From an uncultured virus (IMG/VR IMGVR_UViG_3300027749_003369) (lineage: Duplodnaviria; Heunggongvirae; Uroviricota; Caudoviricetes): a stretch of 58,769 nucleotides of DNA. The DNA is taken from IMG/VR virus record IMGVR_UViG_3300027749_003369; one strand, given 5' to 3'. The notes beneath the pieces were generated by a model. That model ran no database searches, was not told the origin of the DNA, and saw nothing but the letters and a program-made list of their open reading frames with translations. Below, piece by piece: positions 1-8,652 of the stretch. Every line of letters starts with the position of its first letter. Positions within the stretch are counted from its first letter, which is position 1. The translations under genes and the position numbers were made by a program.

Positions 1-1
1 A

Positions 2-61
2 TGGAAAAGTCCAGCAATAATGCCAGACTGGTATAAAAAAGGAATTGAAAATGCAAGATAA
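2..61 (+). CDS. 3' end of an upstream gene (partial), WKSPAIMPDWYKKGIENAR*; possibly a DenV-like glycosylase family protein
   Basis: Open frame from the window edge to TAA at 59-61; the W-K..P-x-W ending resembles that family but the fragment is very short. Confidence 0.3.
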   Translation, partial: WKSPAIMPDWYKKGIENAR

Positions 62-305
62 TGATTCTAAAGAATTAAAAGAAGTTTACAATACTGTATT
101 TCAGGAAGTTGCTAGACTTATATTGGTAGAAAAAAGACAAACACAGATAGTTGCCGCAACCTTATTAGCACAAGCATTAAGATTATACAAATCATCTTTA
201 AATGATGCTGATTTTTTAAGAATGTTAAAATCAATACCTGAATCGGTTGATAATATAAGACCTTATGACGAATTTGAACCTAAAGATAAACAAACAATAA
301 ATTAA
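51..305 (+). CDS. hypothetical protein
   Basis: ORF track 45..305; ATG at 51 follows AAGGA and overlaps the upstream stop. Confidence 0.7.
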   Translation: MQDNDSKELKEVYNTVFQEVARLILVEKRQTQIVAATLLAQALRLYKSSLNDADFLRMLKSIPESVDNIRPYDEFEPKDKQTIN

Positions 306-511
306 TGAAAATAACAAGAAAAAGAAGTTTTGTAAAAGCACTAATATATAGAATTTGGATATTCACATGTACCTTTGTAATGTTATTATTAACAGGACAA
401 AAATTTAAAGATGCGATATGGACAACAATAGGTTTTAATTTTGTTTTAACTTTTACATATTATAGTTATGATAGATTATGGCAGCATATTAAATGGGGTA
501 TAGAGAAATGA
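305..511 (+). CDS. small membrane protein, DUF2061-like
   Basis: RSFVKALIYR...YYSYDRLWQHIKWG pattern with two hydrophobic segments. Confidence 0.65.
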   Translation: MKITRKRSFVKALIYRIWIFTCTFVMLLLTGQKFKDAIWTTIGFNFVLTFTYYSYDRLWQHIKWGIEK

Positions 512-906
512 AAAAAATATTTTTAATTATTTTATTTTTTATAGAAAATGCTTATGGTAATAATACTTCTACAACTATGACGGTAAATGTTAAAGTAATT
601 GAAAATTACGAAAAAAATAAAATTATTAATGCTAATTATTTAATAAATGAAAATAAAATAACTATTACTAATAATCAACCAATAGTTTTATTTTCTGAAA
701 AAAATGGTACAACCACAACAAATATAATAAGAGAAATTGATTATAATTGTTGTTATTGTACACAAAAATATAGTGATGGCACCTATATAGATGAAGAAAA
801 AAATTCTTACTTATTTGATAAAAGAACAAACAAGATAGCTATAAATTATTTAAATCAGAATACTGGTAAAGTTATATTTTGTCCAAAGATAAATATTAAG
901 AAATAA
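508..906 (+). CDS. secreted hypothetical protein with CCYC motif (paralog of 18290..18670)
   Basis: Signal peptide MKKIFLIILFF...; shares CCYCTxKYSxGxYIDEExNSYLFD with the 18.3 kb gene. Confidence 0.7.
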   Translation: MKKIFLIILFFIENAYGNNTSTTMTVNVKVIENYEKNKIINANYLINENKITITNNQPIVLFSEKNGTTTTNIIREIDYNCCYCTQKYSDGTYIDEEKNSYLFDKRTNKIAINYLNQNTGKVIFCPKINIKK

Positions 907-907
907 T

Positions 908-1234
908 ATGCCAATATATAGCTTTGAAAATATTAAAACAGGTAAAGAATATACAGAACACTTGTCAATGTCTGAATTAGATGCCTATTTAAAAAAAAAT
1001 AAAAATATAAGACAAATATTTACATCTCTAAATATTGTTGGTGGAGTATCTGGTTTAACTCATAAAACAGATAGTGGTTGGCAAGACAATCTACAACGTA
1101 TTGCTGAAGCTCATCCTTCTTCTCCATTAGGTCAAAGATTTAAGAAAAAAGGTATTAAAGAAATTAGAACACAACAAGTTTTAGAAAAACATAAAAAAAG
1201 ACAAAAGGATTTAAAAAAGAATGGCAAACGATAA
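908..1234 (+). CDS. FmdB-like conserved T4-like phage protein
   Basis: MPIYSFENIKTGKEY... N-terminus typical of this family. Confidence 0.6.
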   Translation: MPIYSFENIKTGKEYTEHLSMSELDAYLKKNKNIRQIFTSLNIVGGVSGLTHKTDSGWQDNLQRIAEAHPSSPLGQRFKKKGIKEIRTQQVLEKHKKRQKDLKKNGKR

Positions 1235-1619
1235 AATACCAGATTACATGAAGGGGTTTGACCTTGCTCAAGATGATTGGGGATTTGAAACCACACCTAC
1301 AGCAACTACAATACAACAACCTACTATAGATCCTAAAGTTATAGAAACCAGTGGTGCAGATATTACAAATATTAAAAAAGATATAACTTCAATTAATTTA
1401 ATGATCAACGAGATCATGGATATATTAAATGAAGAAAACGCAAACAAAAATAAAGACGTTGATGTTGATGTACAACAAAGATTCAAAGATATAGAAAAAA
1501 TTATATTACCTTTCTTATACAATTTAAGTAAGAGTAATGAACCATATATACATTGGCCAAATAGGGGTCCAATTATTAAAGCTCAGATAGAAAAAATATT
1601 AAAATTAACTAGAGGATAA
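1221..1619 (+). CDS. hypothetical coiled-coil protein
   Basis: ORF coupled to neighbours; C-terminal ILPFLYNL...YIHWPNR. Confidence 0.7.
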   Translation: MANDKIPDYMKGFDLAQDDWGFETTPTATTIQQPTIDPKVIETSGADITNIKKDITSINLMINEIMDILNEENANKNKDVDVDVQQRFKDIEKIILPFLYNLSKSNEPYIHWPNRGPIIKAQIEKILKLTRG

Positions 1620-1622
1620 TAA

Positions 1623-2066
1623 ATGAACATAGTACAATTAAGAGAACAATTAAAAATTGATGAAGGTGTTAAATATGAAATTTATAAAGACCATTTAGGT
1701 TACGATACATTTGGTATTGGTCATTTAGTAGTTAAAGAAGATGAAGAATTTGGTAAACCAGTTGGAACAAAAGTTAGTGAAGATAGAGTAAATGCGGTAT
1801 TTACTAGAGACGTATTAAAAATGATATCAGAAGCAAAATTATTATTTCCAAAATTTGATACTCTACCAGAAGAAGCTCAACAAGTTATAACTAACATGAT
1901 TTTTAATATGGGTAGACCAAGATTATCTAACTTTAAGAAGTTTATAACATATATTAACGAAAGTAAGTGGTTAGAAGCATCAAATGAAATGTTAAATAGT
2001 GCATGGGCCAAACAAGTTGGTAAAAGAGCACAGAGATTGAGTGATAGAATAAAGTCTATAAAATAG
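1623..2066 (+). CDS. T4-type lysozyme (GH24), probable endolysin
   Basis: DEG...YKDHLGYDTFGIGH with E-x8-D-x5-T triad; NMIFNMG; SAWAKQVGKRA. Confidence 0.92.
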   Translation: MNIVQLREQLKIDEGVKYEIYKDHLGYDTFGIGHLVVKEDEEFGKPVGTKVSEDRVNAVFTRDVLKMISEAKLLFPKFDTLPEEAQQVITNMIFNMGRPRLSNFKKFITYINESKWLEASNEMLNSAWAKQVGKRAQRLSDRIKSIK

Positions 2067-2069
2067 TAC

Positions 2070-2098
2070 TTGACATCTAGTCTATATTATGTTATATT
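2070..2098 (+). promoter_or_regulatory. sigma70-type promoter
   Basis: TTGACA-17-TATATT with TGn extension; ATG 8 nt downstream. Confidence 0.75.
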
Positions 2099-2106
2099 AT
2101 TAAGAT

Positions 2107-2754
2107 ATGGTTAAAATAAATGATACGGCACCAAACTTTGTAGCTCACACTTCACAAGGTTTGATTGATTTTTATAGTTACACAAATAATAGTTGGGCAA
2201 TACTATTCTCACATCCAAAAAACTTTACACCAGTATGTACTACTGAACTAGGTACATTACAAAAACTTTTACCTGAATTTGTAAAAAGAGATGTTAAAGT
2301 TATAGGTCTATCAGTTGATGCAATAGGCAATCACGAACAATGGTTAAATGACATACAAGAAACACAAGGCCAAAAACCAGAATACCCATTAATTGCAGAC
2401 GAAGATAAAAAAGTATCAAGACTTTATGATATGATACACGAGAATGCTAGTGATACAATGACAGTTAGATCAGTATTCATTGTTGGGCCAGATAAAAAGA
2501 TTAAATTGAAGTTAGAATACCCAGCAAGTGCAGGTAGAAATTTTAATGAAATTTTAAGAGTTATTGATTCGTTACAATTAACATTTAAACATAAAGTTGC
2601 AACACCAGCTAATTGGGTGCAAGGTGAAGATGTTATACTAACGGCAGCAGTAACCAATGAAGAAGCAAATCAAAAGTTTCCAGGTTTTAAAACACACAAA
2701 CCTTATTTAAGAACTACAAATGCTTCTTTTGCAACATGTAATGTAAAGGATTAA
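2107..2754 (+). CDS. 1-Cys peroxiredoxin (Prx6 family)
   Basis: FSHPKNFTPVCTTELG, YPASAGRNFNEILRVIDSLQL, VATPANW. Confidence 0.95.
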   Translation: MVKINDTAPNFVAHTSQGLIDFYSYTNNSWAILFSHPKNFTPVCTTELGTLQKLLPEFVKRDVKVIGLSVDAIGNHEQWLNDIQETQGQKPEYPLIADEDKKVSRLYDMIHENASDTMTVRSVFIVGPDKKIKLKLEYPASAGRNFNEILRVIDSLQLTFKHKVATPANWVQGEDVILTAAVTNEEANQKFPGFKTHKPYLRTTNASFATCNVKD

Positions 2755-3449
2755 TGGTTAGAGAATTTAAATTTATAGATTTGAACAAGAGTATATTACC
2801 AAAAACAGCAGGTAAAAATATAGATGGTATACGATTTTACGAAATAGATGGTAAATCTTATCCATCAGTAACTTCTGTATTATCACTATTAAAGAAAGAT
2901 TCATTAAAAGAATGGCGCGATAAAGTTGGTGAATCTGTTGCTAATTGGGAAATGGGTAGAGCGGCTAGACGTGGTAAAGCAATGCACACATTGGTAGAAC
3001 AGTATTTACAGAATGAAACTCCATCTATTAGAGACGTGTTACCATTAGGACTTTTTAAGTTAATTAGACCTTATGTAGATCAAATAGATAATATTAGATT
3101 ATTAGAATCAATCATGTATAGTAAAAAACTTACTATTGCAGGACAAGTAGATTGTGTTGCAGAATACAACGGTAAGTTATCAGTAATAGACTTTAAATCT
3201 GCCAATAAGAGTAGAGAAGAAGGTTGGATTGAAAACTACTTCTTACAAACTACTGCTTATTCAATGATGTATGAAGAAACGTTTGGTGAAAAGATTGAAC
3301 AGATTGTAATCATATTGGCCTGTGAAGATGGTGTTGCTCAAACTTTTATTAAAAATACGGCAGACTATAAACAGAAGTTGATAGAATCTATAGATAATTT
3401 TTATAAACAATTTAATAATAAACAAAATTTAACGTTGAAAAATAGTTAA
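2754..3449 (+). CDS. PD-(D/E)XK exonuclease (Cas4/RecB-like phage exonuclease)
   Basis: YPSVTSVL, RGKAMH, AGQVDC, IDFKS, YFLQTTAYS motifs. Confidence 0.88.
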   Translation: MVREFKFIDLNKSILPKTAGKNIDGIRFYEIDGKSYPSVTSVLSLLKKDSLKEWRDKVGESVANWEMGRAARRGKAMHTLVEQYLQNETPSIRDVLPLGLFKLIRPYVDQIDNIRLLESIMYSKKLTIAGQVDCVAEYNGKLSVIDFKSANKSREEGWIENYFLQTTAYSMMYEETFGEKIEQIVIILACEDGVAQTFIKNTADYKQKLIESIDNFYKQFNNKQNLTLKNS

Positions 3450-3664
3450 TAATTAGTTAGGACCAGGGGGCGGTACCCTGCCACTCCACCATTTATATAA
3501 TGAAATATAAGGGGTGGAAACTAGAATCGACTACTAAGTAAACCTATTTGGAGTTAAATCGCTGATATCGTTCTATCAAATTATAGACGCTAACGAAAGT
3601 TATGCTCTTGCTGCCTAGTAATAGGTAACGGCGTTGGCCTACACGTGGCAACAGAAGTAGGCCG
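3438..3664 (+). ncRNA. ssrA: circularly permuted two-piece tmRNA
   Basis: Acceptor piece GGACCAGGGGGCGGTACCCTGCCACTCCACCA ends at 3491; 19-nt AT-rich spacer; coding piece starts GGGGTGGAAA at 3511 (7-bp acceptor stem with G3:U); tag ANESYALAA* at 3589-3618; terminal GGCCTAC..GGCAACAGAA..GTAGGCC. Outer ends approximate. Confidence 0.95.
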
Positions 3665-3665
3665 C

Positions 3666-3694
3666 TTGACAAATCAATCAAATTAGTATATAAT
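3666..3694 (+). promoter_or_regulatory. perfect sigma70 consensus promoter
   Basis: TTGACA-17-TATAAT. Confidence 0.88.
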
Positions 3695-3725
3695 ATAATA
3701 TACATTAACTAGAAAAGGAATAAAC

Positions 3726-3875
3726 ATGTTTACGTATAGAAATATAGCAATTGCTGTAGTAGCACTATTTGTTTTAATAGTAGGATTTTATACATTAGTA
3801 AAACCTTCTAAAAAAGTAGATGTAACACCAGTAAAACCTGCTGTTACGCAGCCAGTTGCACCAGTAAAAAAGTAA
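3726..3875 (+). CDS. 49-aa membrane-anchored protein (not in ORF track)
   Basis: AAAGGA RBS; MFTYRNIAIAVVALFVLIVGFYTLVKPSKK...PVKK*; directly after a promoter. Confidence 0.7.
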   Translation: MFTYRNIAIAVVALFVLIVGFYTLVKPSKKVDVTPVKPAVTQPVAPVKK

Positions 3876-3918
3876 TTAAAAAATTTATATAGACTAGATA
3901 CAATAGGGTGTTTAGTCT

Positions 3919-3926
3919 TATAAATA
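3919..3926 (+). promoter_or_regulatory. T4-type late promoter
   Basis: TATAAATA upstream of the AAGGAG RBS of the next gene. Confidence 0.75.
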
Positions 3927-3959
3927 GAAGTGCTATTAACACACACAAAGGAGAAAACA

Positions 3960-4298
3960 ATGGCAACAACATCAAAAAACGGATATGAAATCCGATCAGA
4001 CTTATTAGGATTAGCGAAAGATATCGTTGATTTTAATTTTCAAGCTCAAGTAAAAGAGTATGAATACTCAATCAAAAAAGACGGCGATCAAATAGTGCAA
4101 GAGTTTAAAGCACCAACTGTTACACCAACAGATATTATTGAAATTGCAAAACAATTCAATGAATTTGTTACTAACGGTGATGTTATTAAACAAACGCAAG
4201 AGAACATACAAAAGGCTCAAGAATGGGTAAAACCTTATGCTGAAGTATATCAAAATACAGTAAAAGCATTTTATCCAAATCTAAAGAACGGTAAGTAA
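3960..4298 (+). CDS. conserved hypothetical T4-like phage protein
   Basis: ORF track 3930..4298; ATG at 3960 follows AAGGAG. Confidence 0.75.
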   Translation: MATTSKNGYEIRSDLLGLAKDIVDFNFQAQVKEYEYSIKKDGDQIVQEFKAPTVTPTDIIEIAKQFNEFVTNGDVIKQTQENIQKAQEWVKPYAEVYQNTVKAFYPNLKNGK

Positions 4299-4299
4299 T

Positions 4300-4503
4300 A
4301 TGTTTCCATATAACCCTTGTGAAAATAAATGGTTATCTGATACTAAAAAAGGTGGTCAAGTTGATAAGAAACCTGGCCATCTTTTATCAGGTCAATCTTT
4401 TATAGATTATTTAAAAGATAAACTGAATATTAATAAGAATATTGACTTTGGTTTTGGTTACACAGAAAAACACGATATATTAGTTAGAAAAGACGAGATA
4501 TAA
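4300..4503 (+). CDS. hypothetical protein
   Basis: Tightly packed ORF. Confidence 0.6.
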   Translation: MFPYNPCENKWLSDTKKGGQVDKKPGHLLSGQSFIDYLKDKLNINKNIDFGFGYTEKHDILVRKDEI

Positions 4504-4704
4504 ATGATAAGAACAATTATTATTACAACTATATTAATACTATTAGCATTATCAATTATAGGTGTTATACGTTCAGATAATACACAATTTACATTATTAA
4601 AAGCATCACCTGAAATTGATCGTAAAGAAAATATAGCATTTAAATTTATGTTAATAATGATAATACTTTTTGTTTTATTAGGAATCACATCTTTATTTAA
4701 ATAA
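4504..4704 (+). CDS. small two-TM membrane protein
   Basis: Two hydrophobic stretches. Confidence 0.6.
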   Translation: MIRTIIITTILILLALSIIGVIRSDNTQFTLLKASPEIDRKENIAFKFMLIMIILFVLLGITSLFK

Positions 4705-4707
4705 TAC

Positions 4708-4736
4708 TTGACATCTTTCATAATATATGATATAAT
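4708..4736 (+). promoter_or_regulatory. perfect sigma70 promoter with extended -10
   Basis: TTGACA-17-TATAAT with TG; ATG 5 nt downstream. Confidence 0.88.
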
Positions 4737-4741
4737 ATATT

Positions 4742-4954
4742 ATGAACTCAAAAGAATTTTCTTTACAAATAGAACAGATAGTAAAAGAGAGAAAAGGTAT
4801 CTCTCACATGGATGCCGTACTTTTATATTGTGAACAAAATGATATAGATCCTTCAACAGTTGCACCTCTATTAACAAAGACTCTAAAAGATAAGATTGCT
4901 ATAGAAGCACAAAACTTAAATTATCTTCCAAAAACTGGCCAGTTGCCGGTATGA
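4742..4954 (+). CDS. gp33: late transcription coactivator gp33
   Basis: FSLQIEQIV...MDAVLLYCEQNDID...LKDKIAIEAQNLNYL; adjacent to gp59 as in T4. Confidence 0.88.
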   Translation: MNSKEFSLQIEQIVKERKGISHMDAVLLYCEQNDIDPSTVAPLLTKTLKDKIAIEAQNLNYLPKTGQLPV

Positions 4955-4957
4955 TAT

Positions 4958-5566
4958 ATGGTAAATGGATTTGATGTATATAAAATATATTTGGCAGTTA
5001 AACTACATTTTACCACAGATAGTTATGACTATCATAAATATGAAGGGAAAGTTAACTGTAAACTAGAAACATTTACTAAAAACAATGCTAGATATTTTTT
5101 TCACAAGCTTGGAACCAAATACAATAAAGATGATATATTGGACTTTTTTGTTTCTAATTTTCTTACTGATAGTAATAAATGGGTAGGAGATTTAACTAGA
5201 AATGATGGCACGGATATTTACCTTGATTGGAGAAAACGTAATGACGCTTTTGAATACCATTTTAGAAGTGATTGTGTGTATATTGCTAATGACTTCAATG
5301 TTAAGCGCCTTTCTTTTGATGATGGTTTTAACTCTTTTGGTGGACAGCATCCTAGGTTTTTTCAATTGGTTCTATCAAAAAATATATCTTACGAAAGTGC
5401 GGTTGTATTTAACGAAATTTTATCATATAGTAAACGTTGGGATAAAGAAATTACTGAAAAAGTAGTTTGGCCAATACATTCAAAAAGAATAAAGAAATAT
5501 ACACAGTTTGTTAAATATAATCCAACGACAGCGAAATTAATATTGAAAGAAGTATTTGTAAAATGA
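4958..5566 (+). CDS. gp59: helicase loader gp59
   Basis: GFDVYKIYLAVKLHFT..YDYHKYEGK; 33-59-32 synteny. Confidence 0.92.
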   Translation: MVNGFDVYKIYLAVKLHFTTDSYDYHKYEGKVNCKLETFTKNNARYFFHKLGTKYNKDDILDFFVSNFLTDSNKWVGDLTRNDGTDIYLDWRKRNDAFEYHFRSDCVYIANDFNVKRLSFDDGFNSFGGQHPRFFQLVLSKNISYESAVVFNEILSYSKRWDKEITEKVVWPIHSKRIKKYTQFVKYNPTTAKLILKEVFVK

Positions 5567-5787
5567 TTAGATGGATTGCTTGTTTACTTGGTATGATAGC
5601 TGCTACTATACATGCTAGTGCTATAATTTCATTGCAGTGGTTGGGGTGGATAATATGTTTATTTTCAATATCAACATGGTTATATATTGCAATACAAGAC
5701 AAAGATAAAGCTCGTTCACTTCAACAATCATATTTTTTACTATTAGCACTGATAGCAATTTACAATTGGCTAAAACATGTCATCTAA
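5563..5787 (+). CDS. small membrane protein
   Basis: Three hydrophobic segments. Confidence 0.65.
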   Translation: MIRWIACLLGMIAATIHASAIISLQWLGWIICLFSISTWLYIAIQDKDKARSLQQSYFLLLALIAIYNWLKHVI

Positions 5788-6610
5788 TGTATTTCTAATA
5801 GGTAATGGTGAAAGTAGAAAAGGTTTTGATCTTAACAAGTTAAAACCTTATGGTAAAGTATATGGTTGTAATGCAATCTATAGAGATTTTGTACCAGATG
5901 TATTAGTATCAGTAGATCATGGTATTATGCACGAGATATATCATAGTGGTTATTGTTATGATAATGAAACATGGTTTAGAGATTGGACTAAATGTCCTGA
6001 TTTTATGTATGAAGATTTGGTTTATGCAGGCCTATCAAAAATTGATATAGATGAATTAAACAAATGGCACGTTAAAACAGAAAATAAAAGAATTGATGAA
6101 AAAGAATTTGTTATGCACGGTGCCAATTTATCTGGCTTAGTAAAAATTTTACATAAAGACAAAAGAATAGAAGAAAAGAATATTAATTCAAATCAACTAG
6201 CTGTTAGTTGGGTAAAAGATAATGATAAGGCACATAATATAAACGAAATTATGCCTAATAATATAGATATTGGTTGGGCCGCTGGTCCTACTTCAGGCTA
6301 TATTGCAACTAAACAAGATAAACCTAAAAATGTTTATCTAATAGGACATGATTTAATAAGTGATAATTCATTTGTTAATAACATATACAAGAATACTAAA
6401 CATTATGTTATATCTGAACATTCAGCAACACCAGCAGAAAATTGGATATTACAATGGAAGATATTGTTTGAAGAAAACCCTAACATTAATTTCTATAAAG
6501 TAAATGAAAGTATTAATAATAAAGCAACGAATAAACCATTATATGTTTGGAAATCAATAAATAACTTAACATATATAGATTATAAAACACTTGACAATAT
6601 TTTAAAATAA
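5777..6610 (+). CDS. conserved phage protein, possible sialyltransferase/Maf-like transferase fold
   Basis: VFLIGNGESR...YGCNAIYRD..PDVLVSVD and VYLIGHD motifs; function not certain. Confidence 0.55.
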   Translation: MSSNVFLIGNGESRKGFDLNKLKPYGKVYGCNAIYRDFVPDVLVSVDHGIMHEIYHSGYCYDNETWFRDWTKCPDFMYEDLVYAGLSKIDIDELNKWHVKTENKRIDEKEFVMHGANLSGLVKILHKDKRIEEKNINSNQLAVSWVKDNDKAHNINEIMPNNIDIGWAAGPTSGYIATKQDKPKNVYLIGHDLISDNSFVNNIYKNTKHYVISEHSATPAENWILQWKILFEENPNINFYKVNESINNKATNKPLYVWKSINNLTYIDYKTLDNILK

Positions 6611-6619
6611 TGATATATT
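6591..6619 (+). promoter_or_regulatory. sigma70-type promoter
   Basis: TTGACA-17-TATATT with TGn; ATG 7 nt downstream. Confidence 0.75.
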
Positions 6620-6626
6620 ATAAGAC

Positions 6627-7400
6627 ATGATTAAAAATATATTAATAACATTATGGTTGTTAACAAGTGTGGTGTTGGCCAATCCTATAGACGACAAATG
6701 CCCACAACACGCTTACAAAGGCGCACCAGTGAGTGCCATTAAATCAGATGACCAGTATCTATGTAAAACTAATTATGCAATACATTATAGATATGACACA
6801 AGAACAGCAGAATATGTTGTTGAACATGTAACAAAACAATCTGTATCTGGTCATGCAAAAAGACAAGATGATTTTAGACCAGATCCTGAAATCAAAAAAG
6901 AACATCAATCATTATTATCTGATTATAAAGGCCACCCTTATGATAGAGGTCATTTAGCACCTGCAGGTAATAATACTCAAAACGATAAGATTATGAGTGA
7001 AAGTTTTTTTCTTTCTAATATGGTGCCACAAGAACCAAACAATAACAGAGGTATTTGGAAACAATTAGAAACTTTTATTAGAGAATGGTCATTAAAAGGA
7101 ATGGACATCTATGTTGTAAGTGGAACTATTTACAGTAGAAATAGTAAAACAATAGGTGATAATAAAGTAGGTGTACCTGATAAAATATGGAAAGTTATTA
7201 TAGATAAGAATACAGGTGAATCTATTGCATTTATATTCCCCAATACAGCATTGCCTGTTGTTGACTTATTGAAGTATTCAACTAGTGTAAAAGCAGTAGA
7301 AGATGCTACAGCAATTAAATTCATGCCTGCATTGACAGATGAAAAGAGTAAGAACTCATTTAATATAGATCATTGGCCTGAATTACATTTAATGAAATAA
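6627..7400 (+). CDS. secreted DNA/RNA non-specific endonuclease (NucA/EndoG family)
   Basis: Signal peptide; YDRGHLAPA; SFFLSNMVPQEPNNNRGIW. Confidence 0.93.
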   Translation: MIKNILITLWLLTSVVLANPIDDKCPQHAYKGAPVSAIKSDDQYLCKTNYAIHYRYDTRTAEYVVEHVTKQSVSGHAKRQDDFRPDPEIKKEHQSLLSDYKGHPYDRGHLAPAGNNTQNDKIMSESFFLSNMVPQEPNNNRGIWKQLETFIREWSLKGMDIYVVSGTIYSRNSKTIGDNKVGVPDKIWKVIIDKNTGESIAFIFPNTALPVVDLLKYSTSVKAVEDATAIKFMPALTDEKSKNSFNIDHWPELHLMK

Positions 7401-7491
7401 TATGATAATAGAAACATTAATAACTTTTAGTTTTATAATTTTACTCATTGCTTTCTGGGTAATTATAATAAAAGATATTTTTAAATAGTAC

Positions 7492-7520
7492 TTGACATCA
7501 CATTAAAATTGTGATATATT
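7492..7520 (+). promoter_or_regulatory. sigma70-type promoter
   Basis: TTGACA-17-TATATT with TGn; ATG 6 nt downstream. Confidence 0.75.
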
Positions 7521-7526
7521 TGAAAT

Positions 7527-7655
7527 ATGTATATCAGAATATTAAATTATTTAATTGGTAAATTGATCAATTTAAGAGATAAAGCAAGAACGCCAAACCT
7601 TAAAGGTATGACTGTTAAGGAATGGGCAACTAAAAAGAAAAAGTCATATAAATAA
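7527..7655 (+). CDS. 42-aa basic protein (not in ORF track)
   Basis: MYIRILNYLIGKLINLRDKARTPNLKGMTVKEWATKKKKSYK*, leaderless after a promoter. Confidence 0.55.
   Translation: MYIRILNYLIGKLINLRDKARTPNLKGMTVKEWATKKKKSYK
7647..7654 (+). promoter_or_regulatory. T4-type late promoter upstream of gp32
   Basis: TATAAATA. Confidence 0.7.
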
Positions 7656-7706
7656 TAATGATAGCGATTATACAGCTAACACAAATACAAACATACGGAG
7701 AATACA

Positions 7707-8603
7707 ATGGACTTTAATACATTAAAAACTAGTCATTCTAACTTTGATAAACTTACCAAAGCATTAGAAGCTAACCTCAATCCTGAGGATATTAATAAAT
7801 CAAAAGACAAATATACAGACGACAGAATATGGAAACCTGAACTAGATAAAACTGGTAGTGGTTATGCCGTTATTCGTTTTCTACCTGCTTCTGAAAAAGA
7901 AGAAATGCCATGGGTAAGAGTTTGGTCTCATGCCTTTCAAGATAAAGGTGGTTGGTATATTGAGAACTCATTAACAACTCTTAATCATAAAGATCCTGTT
8001 AGTGAAGAAAATACTAGACTATGGAATTCAGGTGTTGAATCTGATAAAGAAATAGCAAGAAAAAGAAAAAGAAAATTATCTTATTTCTCTAACATATTAG
8101 TTGTTAGTGATCCTGCTTATCCAGCAAACGAAGGTAAAGTATTCATATTCAAATTCGGTAAAAAGATATTTGATAAGATTACAGAAGCAATGCAACCAGC
8201 ATTTGAAGATGAACAACCAATTAACCCATTTGATTTTTGGAAAGGTGCAAACTTTAAACTGAAAATTAGAAAAGTTGATGGTTATTGGAACTATGACAAA
8301 TCTGAATTTGAGCCTGTTAAGGCAATTGCTGATACTGATGAAAGCATCAAAGCAATTTGGTCTAAACAGTACCCTCTAACGCCTTTCTTGGCCCCTAGTA
8401 ATTTTAAGACCTATGATGAACTCAAAGAGAAACTGAATAGGGTAATTACGGGAACTAGAAATACCGAAACAGTTGAAAGTGCTGATCTCTCTAAGGCAAA
8501 AACAAATGGTTCAGTAAAAAGTAATGGTAAAACCACTACTCAATCTGCTAGTGATGATGACGATACGTTGTCTTACTTTAGTAAATTGGCAGATGACGAG
8601 TAG
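7707..8603 (+). CDS. gp32: single-stranded DNA-binding protein gp32
   Basis: DDRIWK..DKTGSGYAVIRFLP, GWYIENS, FGKKIFDKI, GANFKLK, NYDKSEF; acidic tail. Confidence 0.97.
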   Translation: MDFNTLKTSHSNFDKLTKALEANLNPEDINKSKDKYTDDRIWKPELDKTGSGYAVIRFLPASEKEEMPWVRVWSHAFQDKGGWYIENSLTTLNHKDPVSEENTRLWNSGVESDKEIARKRKRKLSYFSNILVVSDPAYPANEGKVFIFKFGKKIFDKITEAMQPAFEDEQPINPFDFWKGANFKLKIRKVDGYWNYDKSEFEPVKAIADTDESIKAIWSKQYPLTPFLAPSNFKTYDELKEKLNRVITGTRNTETVESADLSKAKTNGSVKSNGKTTTQSASDDDDTLSYFSKLADDE

Positions 8604-8626
8604 AATCTCTCTCTACTAGTACTTTA

Positions 8627-8650
8627 ATGGTGGCCAGAAATGGCCACCAT
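8627..8650. terminator. terminator hairpin between convergent genes
   Basis: ATGGTGGCCA-GAAA-TGGCCACCAT, perfect 10-bp stem with GNRA loop. Confidence 0.85.
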
Positions 8651-8652
8651 AT

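Noticed and set aside
2754..3449. Cas4-like nuclease suggesting CRISPR
   Set aside because: No repeat-spacer array or other cas gene in the window; this is a common T4-like exonuclease
3460..3491. tRNA gene or attP-like tRNA 3' fragment
   Set aside because: Explained as the acceptor piece of the permuted tmRNA; no integrase nearby
7655..7706. gp32 autoregulatory pseudoknot
   Set aside because: A-rich unstructured leader fits, but only a 4-bp TAGC/GCTA stem is visible, too weak to call
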